Assembly: GCA_963665695.1 (NCBI GenBank)
Contig: OY762427.1
Location: 627,268 to 691,267, forward strand
Direction of reading: 5' to 3'
Length of the DNA stretch: 64,000 nucleotides
From: Alphaproteobacteria bacterium
Lineage (GTDB): Bacteria; Pseudomonadota; Alphaproteobacteria; Bin65
The translations under genes and the position numbers were made by a program. The notes under the pieces were generated by a model. The model did not search any database, had not been told where the DNA came from, and saw nothing but the letters and a program-made list of their open reading frames with translations. Of the stretch, positions 57,541 to 64,000 are shown piece by piece (the first letter of the stretch is position 1; every line of letters starts with the position of its first letter).

Positions 57541-58539
57541 TCAAATGGGGTTCCCGCCGCTATCCGAATAGCGCACCAGCATCTTGCCGACATGGTTGCC
57601 GGAGAGCACGTCGTGCAGGGCGGCGGGCGTCCGCTCCATGCCGTCGACGGTCTGGTTGTGCATCGCCAGGCGGCCGGCCCGCAGCAGCGCGCCCAGGCGC
57701 TCGATGACTTTGGGATACAGCGCCTTGTAAGCGTAGCGGTTGAACGAATGGATCGTCGCCTCCCGCGACCAGACATGGCGCAGGTTCGCCATGTCCCGCT
57801 CCGGCTCGGCGCTGTTGTTCGCCGCGACGCGGCCGACCAGCAGGATATCGGCCCCCAGGGCGAGGTGTTCCGACACGGCGTCGGCCACCGGGCCGCCGAC
57901 CGTATCGAAATAGAGGTTCACGCCGTCGGGGCAGGCCGCGGCGAGGTCGTCGCGGAAGCTGCCGGAGCGGTAATCGACCGCGGCGTCGGCGCCCAGCCGG
58001 TCGCGCACGAAGGCGGCCTTTTCCGGGCCGCCGGCGATCCCGACGACCCGCGCCCCGGCCAGCCGGCCGAGCTGCACCGCATAGCTGCCGACCGCGCCCG
58101 CCGCCGAGGTGACGACCAGGGTTTCGCCCGGCATCGGCCGCACCTTCTGCGAAAAGGCGAGATACGGGGTCTGCCCCGGCGAGGACAGGGCGGTCAGCCA
58201 TTCCTCCGCGGTAAAGTCGTCGGAGGCGGGCGAGACATCCTCCGGCCGGACGATGGCGTAATCCTGCCAGCCCTGGCGGCCGACCGCCGCCGCGCCGGCC
58301 GGCAGCGCAGCGCACCGGCTCTCGACGACCCGGCCGAAGGTATCGCAGGAGATCGGCTCGCCGATATCGAACGGCCGGATGAAATTTTTGAAATCCTTGG
58401 TGCGCATACCCTGCCAGGCCGACAGCGCCGCCATCTCGATCCGCACCAGCGCCTGGCCGTCCCCGATCTCCGGAACCGGGCCGCGCTGGAGTTCGAAATT
58501 TTCGGGACCGGCAAGACGGACCGGGCGGGAACGCAGCAC
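57541..58539 (-). CDS. NADPH-dependent medium-chain dehydrogenase/reductase (quinone oxidoreductase / YncB-like)
   Basis: MDR Rossmann segment (VTSAAGAVGSYAVQLGRLAGARVVGIAG) and overall MDR layout without structural-Zn cysteines. Confidence 0.8.
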   Translation of the reverse strand: MLRSRPVRLAGPENFELQRGPVPEIGDGQALVRIEMAALSAWQGMRTKDFKNFIRPFDIGEPISCDTFGRVVESRCAALPAGAAAVGRQGWQDYAIVRPEDVSPASDDFTAEEWLTALSSPGQTPYLAFSQKVRPMPGETLVVTSAAGAVGSYAVQLGRLAGARVVGIAGGPEKAAFVRDRLGADAAVDYRSGSFRDDLAAACPDGVNLYFDTVGGPVADAVSEHLALGADILLVGRVAANNSAEPERDMANLRHVWSREATIHSFNRYAYKALYPKVIERLGALLRAGRLAMHNQTVDGMERTPAALHDVLSGNHVGKMLVRYSDSGGNPI

Positions 58540-58753
58540 GAAGCGGCGGTTTTCGCGGGACGGGATGGCGGAGCACTCCTTTCGGTATCGGGATTGCCGG
58601 CACCGTATAGAAGGGGCGGCGGCGTGTGAAGCGGACCCGGCCAGAAGCCTTTGCGCCCGGGCCGGTTCGTGCTAGCGCTGGGCAAATTCCCTGCTTTTTC
58701 CGGAAAATCTGGCCAAGCGCAGCCCTCTCGGCAGCCGGCGCCGGGAGGCGAAC

Positions 58754-59647
58754 ATGGACTATCGCGACTTACCGCGCGAAGAATTGATACGCCAGTACAG
58801 CCCGCGCATCGCGGTGCCCGAACATCCGGTCTGGAAGGCCCAGTGGACGCTCGCCAGCGCGCTGGCGCGCAGCGCTTACGAGGGGCGGCTGCGCATTCCC
58901 TACGGGCCGACGGAGGGCCAGACCCTGGACCTGTTTCCGGCGAAGGAGCCGGGGTCGCCGATCAACATCTTCGTCCATGGCGGCTTCTGGCGCTTTCTCG
59001 ACAGCTTCGACCACACCCTGGTCGCCCCGGCGGTCCTGGACGCCGGCGGCGCGTCGATCCTGCTCAACTACGATCTCTGCCCGAAGGTTCCGCTCACCGA
59101 GGTCGTGCGCCAGGTCCGCGCCGCCCTGAAATGGGTCTGGGACCATGCCGAAGAGGCCAACGGCGACCGGGAGAAGATATACATCTCCGGCCATTCCGCC
59201 GGCGGCCACCTCGCCTCGATGATGTGCACCGGCGATTTCAACCGCGACTTCGGCCTGCCGGACGATGCGGTCAAGGGCGCGACCATCGTGAGCGCGATGC
59301 TCGACCTCGAACCGGTGATGCTGGTGCCGGGGTCGGAGGAACTGCTCGTGCCGGACGACCGGGTCCGGGAGTTGAGCCCGCGCTACAATCCGCCGGCGCC
59401 GCATATTCCGCTGGTCGTCGCCGTCGGCGGCATGGAGACCGAGGAGTGGATCCGCCAGACCGGGGACATGATGGTCGTGCTGCGGGACCGGGGCAGCCCG
59501 GCGGTCTATCTCAAGCCGGAATTCGACCAGCATTATTCGATCCTGCTGTCGCTCGGCAATCCGCTTTCGGAACTGTGCTGCGCCATGCTCCGGCAGATGG
59601 GCCTGCCGGCGATGGACCCGTATGTGTTCGGCGACGTCGTCTGGTGA
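58754..59647 (+). CDS. Alpha/beta hydrolase fold-3 esterase (HGGFW type; arylformamidase-like)
   Basis: HGGFW oxyanion motif and GHSAGGHL nucleophile elbow. 297 aa. Confidence 0.7.
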   Translation: MDYRDLPREELIRQYSPRIAVPEHPVWKAQWTLASALARSAYEGRLRIPYGPTEGQTLDLFPAKEPGSPINIFVHGGFWRFLDSFDHTLVAPAVLDAGGASILLNYDLCPKVPLTEVVRQVRAALKWVWDHAEEANGDREKIYISGHSAGGHLASMMCTGDFNRDFGLPDDAVKGATIVSAMLDLEPVMLVPGSEELLVPDDRVRELSPRYNPPAPHIPLVVAVGGMETEEWIRQTGDMMVVLRDRGSPAVYLKPEFDQHYSILLSLGNPLSELCCAMLRQMGLPAMDPYVFGDVVW

Positions 59648-59714
59648 GCGCCGCGCCCGAGCGGCTGCAATCGTGCAGCGCAAGAATAATTCAGCGCCCT
59701 TGGAGAAAGCGGAA

Positions 59715-61403
59715 ATGACCGAACCGATCTATGGCGGCCAGGCCGTTGTCGAAGCCCTCAAGAACGAGAATGTCCGCCATGTTTTCGGGCTCATCGGTTC
59801 GGCGACCATGGAGGTGTTCGACGGGCTCTACGAGGCCAATTCCATCCGCTTCGTCGGCGTCCACGACGAGCGGACCGGAACCCATATGGCCGACGGCTAC
59901 GCCCGGGCGAGCGGCGGCCCCGGCGTCATCGTCGCGGGCCAGAACGGGCCGGGGGCGACCAACCTGCTGACCGGCCTCGCCCAGGCGTCGGCCGCTTATT
60001 CCCCGGTCGTGGCCATCGCCGGGGCGCTCTCGTCCGCCCATGTCTACCGCGACGCCTTTCAGGAGGTCGACCAGCACGCGACCCTGTCCCCGGCGACCAA
60101 ATCCAGCGTGACCGTGCCGAGCGTCGACCGCATCCCGGAGTTGTTCCAGGCCGGCTTCCGCACCGCGCTGACGCCGCGGCGCGGCCCGGTGCTGCTGAAC
60201 GTGCCGCGCAATGTGCAGTCCGCCAAGGCCGTGTTCCCCGAGCCGCCGGCGCCGGACGCCTATCGCGTCCAGTACGCCCCGGCGGCCCCGGCGGCGGCGG
60301 TCGAGCGGGCGGCGCAAATGCTGCTCGACGCGGAGCGGCCGGTCATCGTCGCCGGCGGCGGGATCAAGAATACCGGCGGCGCGGCGCAGACCCTCGCCCT
60401 CGCCGAACTTTTGGGCGCGCCCGTCGCCATGTCGCCGGGCCACGGCGACGCCATCCCGTTCGGGCATCCGCTCAACGCCGGCCAGATGGGGCCGCGCGGC
60501 AATCCGGTGGCGTCCCGCCTCGTGCTCAAGGCCGATGTCATCCTCGCGCTCGGCACCCGCCTCGGCTTCAACTCGACCTTCTATTCCTACGACAACATCA
60601 ACCGGGACGCGGCGATAATCCAGGTCGAGATCGAACCGACGGAAATCGGCCGGCATTTCCCGGTTTCGCTGGGCATCTGGGCCGATGCGCCGACCGTCGC
60701 CGATCAACTCGCCGAGGCCGTGCGCAGAGCCGCCGCGATCCGCGAGGCGGCGCAGTGGACGGCGCAGTTCCAGGCGGAGCGCAAGGCGTTCCTCGCCCGG
60801 CGCGATGCCGAAGCGGTCATGGACGAAACCCCGATTCAGCCCTCCGGCCTGTTCCGGGCCTACCGCCGGGTGCTGCCGCGCAACGCCGCCATCGTGCTCG
60901 ACGCCGGCACCATGACGCTCCAGGCCACCGACGCACTCGAATACTGGGAGCCGCCCTGCCTGTTCACGCCGCTCGATTTCGGCCTGGTCGGCTTCTCCTT
61001 CGCCTGCGGCCTCGGCGTGAAGGCGGCGCAGCCGGACCGGCCGGTCGTCAGCTTCGCCGGCGACGGCGGCTTCGGCATGCAGGTCTCGGAGCTCAGCACG
61101 GCGGTGGACCACGGTCTCAACACCGTGGCGGTGGTCATGAACAACGGCTGCTGGGGCGCGGAAAAGGCCTATCAGCGGGACTTTTTCGGCGAGCGGTACA
61201 TCGGCGCGGACGTCGGCAGCCCGCCGTTCGACGAGCTGGCCCGGCTCTACGGCGCGGCCGGCTACCGGGTCGAGCGGCTGTCGGAGGTCGAAGACGCGAT
61301 CGCCGCGGCGCTGGACGAAGACCGCCCTGCGGTCGTCGACATCAAGGTCGACCCGGACGCGCTCTACAGCTTCCGGCGCGACAGCTTCGCCCACCGCATG
61401 TGA
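59715..61403 (+). CDS. Thiamine-pyrophosphate enzyme, sulfoacetaldehyde acetyltransferase (Xsc)-like
   Basis: TPP-enzyme three-domain layout. Blocks shared with Xsc-type enzymes: FQEVDQ, ADVILALGTRLGFNSTF, AAIIQVEIEPTEIG. PP-binding GDGGFGM. RBS GGAGAAAGCGG. Confidence 0.75.
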   Translation: MTEPIYGGQAVVEALKNENVRHVFGLIGSATMEVFDGLYEANSIRFVGVHDERTGTHMADGYARASGGPGVIVAGQNGPGATNLLTGLAQASAAYSPVVAIAGALSSAHVYRDAFQEVDQHATLSPATKSSVTVPSVDRIPELFQAGFRTALTPRRGPVLLNVPRNVQSAKAVFPEPPAPDAYRVQYAPAAPAAAVERAAQMLLDAERPVIVAGGGIKNTGGAAQTLALAELLGAPVAMSPGHGDAIPFGHPLNAGQMGPRGNPVASRLVLKADVILALGTRLGFNSTFYSYDNINRDAAIIQVEIEPTEIGRHFPVSLGIWADAPTVADQLAEAVRRAAAIREAAQWTAQFQAERKAFLARRDAEAVMDETPIQPSGLFRAYRRVLPRNAAIVLDAGTMTLQATDALEYWEPPCLFTPLDFGLVGFSFACGLGVKAAQPDRPVVSFAGDGGFGMQVSELSTAVDHGLNTVAVVMNNGCWGAEKAYQRDFFGERYIGADVGSPPFDELARLYGAAGYRVERLSEVEDAIAAALDEDRPAVVDIKVDPDALYSFRRDSFAHRM

Positions 61404-61589
61404 TCCCTTCCGGGCCGCCTTTCGATCCGTTGCCTATCGCGCCGGCGCAACGCTTCTTTGCCCTGCATACATGCGGGTCCGGGCCGGGACGCAGCCATGA
61501 GCGGGGTTGCCTTGACAGGGTGTAGGGGCGCCCTGACAATGCCGCGCCCCGCAAACCGGGGGCAATTTTTCCAACGGGAGGAATCGATC

Positions 61590-62633
61590 GTGTCGATCTG
61601 GAAACATGTCAAAAGGCCTGCGGTTTTCGCCGCGATGGCGCTGGCCGGAACGGCTCTGGCGAGCCACGCGCCGCAGGCCCAGGAATTCAAGTTCACCTAC
61701 GCCGGCTATCCCAGCCCGAAAATTTCGTCGGGCAAGGCGGTCAACTTCTTCGCCGCCGAGGTCGAGAAGCGGACCAACGGCCGGGTCAAGTTCAAGATTC
61801 ACCACAGCGGCAGCCTCTATCAGGAAGAGAAGGCGCTCGAGGCGCTGCTCGCCGGATCGATCGATTTCGCGGCCGCCGGCACGTCCACGGTCGGCGTGTT
61901 CACCCGGCACTACGACTGGGTCAACCTGCCCTTCATCGTCAGCGGCGACCTCAAGACCGGGCCGCGCCAGTTGCTGCAGATGATCAACAGCGACGTCGGC
62001 AAGGAGATCCAGGCCAAGGTCGAGAAGGAGACCGGCCTCAAGCTGGTCTACATCATGCCGAGCAACGGCGGCGCCCGGGCGATCGCGACCCGCAAGGTCC
62101 GGCTCGTCGTCCCGGCCGACATCAAAAACACCAAGCAGCGGGTCAGCCTCGCGCCACTCGACATCGTCATCAACAAGGCGTGGGGCGCCAATCCGGTCCC
62201 GGTGCCGTGGGCCGATACTTTCACCGGCTTCAGCCAGGGCGTGTTCGAGGGCGTGCAGATCCCGATCCCGCACATCCACAATGTCGGCTTCGACGAAATC
62301 GCCAAACACATCACGATGGTGAATTTCCAGTATCTGCCGCAGGTGATGTGGGTCCGGGTCGATTTCTGGAACAAGCTGCCGGCGGACATCCGCAAGGTCA
62401 TGACCGAGGTCGGCAAGGAAGCCGCCCTCTACGAGATGAAGGTGGACCAGGAGGCGCACCAGGCCTTCCGCGACGCGATCAAGAAGCGCGGCGCCGAGAT
62501 CATCGACCTGACCCCGGAACAGATGGCCATGTGGCAGAAGGCCAGCGCGAGCGTTTACAAGAGCAAGGATGTGGCGAAATACACGCCGCCCGCGCTGCTG
62601 GCCCGTCTCCGGAAAGCCGGCATGCTCAAATAG
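61590..62633 (+). CDS. dctP: TRAP transporter substrate-binding protein (DctP family)
   Basis: GTG start with GGGAGGAAT 6 nt upstream. Signal peptide (AVFAAMALAGTALASHA). DctP-family length and motifs. Confidence 0.8.
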   Translation: MSIWKHVKRPAVFAAMALAGTALASHAPQAQEFKFTYAGYPSPKISSGKAVNFFAAEVEKRTNGRVKFKIHHSGSLYQEEKALEALLAGSIDFAAAGTSTVGVFTRHYDWVNLPFIVSGDLKTGPRQLLQMINSDVGKEIQAKVEKETGLKLVYIMPSNGGARAIATRKVRLVVPADIKNTKQRVSLAPLDIVINKAWGANPVPVPWADTFTGFSQGVFEGVQIPIPHIHNVGFDEIAKHITMVNFQYLPQVMWVRVDFWNKLPADIRKVMTEVGKEAALYEMKVDQEAHQAFRDAIKKRGAEIIDLTPEQMAMWQKASASVYKSKDVAKYTPPALLARLRKAGMLK

Positions 62634-62743
62634 CCCACAGCGACCGGCCGACGGTCCGATGAATCCGATTCCGCCCGAGGCGGCCCCGGCCGTTTCGGGC
62701 GGTTTCGTTCGGGCCGGCGCCGGCCTGCACCGAGGCGCGTGAC

Positions 62744-63205
62744 ATGCAGGAACGGGTCCTGAGGCTGAGCGGGCGGGTCCGAAAATACCTCTTCGTTCCG
62801 GCGATCGCCGCCGTGATCGCGCTGCTGTTCGTGAACATCGTCGACCGATTCGTGCTCGACGGCGCGCTGGGCATCTCCTGGGTCGAGGAACTCAGCGTCA
62901 TCATCATGATCTGGCTGGTGTTCCTGAGCGTCTTCGCCATCGACCAGGACAGGAGCCATATCAAGGTCCAGATACTCGACCTGCCACCCCGGTTGCAGGA
63001 GATCCTGGAAGATATCGCCATCGTCCTGTTCGTCGGCTTCCTCGTCTGGTCGACCTGGGCCCTGCTGCCCAGGATGTTCTCGAAATACGCCGCGCTCGGC
63101 TGGCCGATCCAGGTCGGCTACTACGCCATCCTGGTCGGCGGCGGCGTAACGATCCTCGCCAAGTTCGGCAAATACCTCCTGCGGGGACTCCGCCGATGGA
63201 GTTGA
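62744..63205 (+). CDS. dctQ: TRAP transporter small permease (DctQ family)
   Basis: 153 aa with 4 TM helices. Lies immediately 5' of the large permease and overlaps it by 10 nt. Confidence 0.75.
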   Translation: MQERVLRLSGRVRKYLFVPAIAAVIALLFVNIVDRFVLDGALGISWVEELSVIIMIWLVFLSVFAIDQDRSHIKVQILDLPPRLQEILEDIAIVLFVGFLVWSTWALLPRMFSKYAALGWPIQVGYYAILVGGGVTILAKFGKYLLRGLRRWS

Positions 63206-64000
63206 TCGCCGGCGGAATCGCCTTCGTCGTCCTGTTCTCGCTGGCGATTTTCGGCGTGCCGCTGGCCGCCGCCATGGGGCTGGCCGGCCTCGTCGGCATG
63301 CTGGTGGCCGGCATTCCGCTGCTGGGATCGCCGATCGCCGTGATGGGCGTGCTCGGCAACTTCGCCTGGCTGGCGCTGCCGCTCTTCATCATTTTCGGCG
63401 GCGTGCTGTCGGATATCGGCGTCGCCCGCGGCGTGGTCTGGTTCGGCGAGGTCATCGGCCGGCGCGTCCGGGGCGGCACGTCCCAGGTCCTGATCGTCTC
63501 CTCGCTCTTCATGGGCGGCATGACCGGCTCGACCCTGGCCGAGGCCGGGATGCTCAGCTCCATGTTCCGGGACGAGATGGAGCGGATCGGCTATGCCCGG
63601 GGCTATCTGGCCGGGCTGATCTCCTGCGCCGGGCTGATCGGCGCCCTGATCCCGCCGAGCAACGTCCTGCTGATCCTGGGCCTCGCCGGCGAAATCTCGA
63701 TCCTGCGCCTGTGGATCGCGGGAATCGCGCCGGGCATCATGGTCGCCATCGGGTTGATGATCGTCGCGGCGTTCCTGCAAAAACGCTACGAGAGCGCGAA
63801 ACCGGCCGTGGCCGGCGCGCCGGGCGGCGCGCCGAGGATCCACCACCGGCGCGGCGGCTCGCCGGCGGCGGCGCTCGTCGGCCTGGCCATTCCGATCTTT
63901 ATCCTCGGCGGGATGCGCTTCGGCATTTTCTCGCCGGTCGAGGCGGGCGCAGCGGGGATCGTCTTCGCGCTGTTCCTCGGTTTCACCGTATTCCGGGCCG
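63196..64000 (+). CDS. dctM: TRAP transporter large permease (DctM family), 5' partial; runs off the window end
   Basis: Open frame from ATG 63196 to the end of the window. Strongly hydrophobic, DctM-like N-terminus (MELIAGGIAFVVLFSLAIFGVPLAAAMGLAGLVGML...). Confidence 0.8.
   Translation, partial: MELIAGGIAFVVLFSLAIFGVPLAAAMGLAGLVGMLVAGIPLLGSPIAVMGVLGNFAWLALPLFIIFGGVLSDIGVARGVVWFGEVIGRRVRGGTSQVLIVSSLFMGGMTGSTLAEAGMLSSMFRDEMERIGYARGYLAGLISCAGLIGALIPPSNVLLILGLAGEISILRLWIAGIAPGIMVAIGLMIVAAFLQKRYESAKPAVAGAPGGAPRIHHRRGGSPAAALVGLAIPIFILGGMRFGIFSPVEAGAAGIVFALFLGFTVFRA

Overview
High-GC (~65-70%) chromosomal segment of a proteobacterial genome, most likely an alphaproteobacterium (Rhodospirillales-like gene content). 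It carries about 55 protein-coding genes and no rRNA, tRNA, CRISPR, transposase or integrase that I can detect. All family names below come from reading the translated ORFs; no database search was run.

Gene content by region, 5'->3':
- 65-1809: MsrP (YedY) without a visible MsrQ, then a DUF1194/vWA-like secreted protein.
- 1919-5061: two secreted EF-hand calcium-binding proteins, the second with clearly lower GC. They sit immediately upstream of an ECF sigma factor, an anti-sigma factor and a CpxP/Spy-like (LTxxQ) periplasmic protein.
- 5076-11302 (minus strand): six co-directional genes. Order: MetE-like Zn enzyme, ASST-like beta-propeller protein, HDAC-like amidohydrolase, NodB/PuuE-like deacetylase, a small Cys protein, a COG0523 zinc-chaperone GTPase.
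- 11436-13144: an SDR epimerase/dehydratase and a small alpha/beta hydrolase.
- 13235-15072: two tandem BacNav/NaChBac-type voltage-gated channel paralogs (identical TLESWSM filter, 4-nt stop/start overlap), divergent from a Tat-exported YHS-domain protein.
- 15815-19185: ampG, a PfkB kinase and an EI24/CysZ-like membrane protein.
- 19241-25459: tungsten-type aldehyde:ferredoxin oxidoreductase with an upstream hypothetical; kynA (tryptophan 2,3-dioxygenase, with a 12-bp x5 in-frame repeat) divergent from a TrpB2-type tryptophan synthase beta; a GST.
- 25565-33280: a small membrane protein; the first hydantoinase/oxoprolinase HyuA/HyuB pair (HyuB has an unusual ~185-aa N-terminal extension); an 852-aa flotillin/SPFH protein.
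- 33336-39471: a PotA-like ABC ATPase (plus strand); a decayed vapB-vapC remnant fused into one frame; an acyl-CoA dehydrogenase; then two ABC permeases and a Tat-signal solute-binding protein (minus strand).
- 39643-47903: a membrane protein, an amidase, a second membrane protein, then an isochorismatase-family hydrolase followed by a second HyuA/HyuB pair. The combination is reminiscent of creatinine/N-methylhydantoin catabolism.
- 47904-49042: a 1.1-kb repeat-dense non-coding island, ending in a 14-bp tandem repeat that abuts the ettA start.
- 49043-51867: ettA and a secreted Pcm-like methyltransferase.
- 51964-54857: a lower-GC PstI/BsuBI-type type II restriction-modification pair inserted before nrdJ.
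- 54901-64000: nrdJ (B12-dependent RNR), a quinone-oxidoreductase-like MDR enzyme, an alpha/beta hydrolase, an Xsc-like TPP enzyme and a TRAP transporter (dctPQM; dctM runs off the window end).

Candidate novelties worth a second look: the translationally coupled BacNav pair, the EF-hand/ECF-sigma module, the metalloenzyme/COG0523 operon, and the repeat island upstream of ettA.
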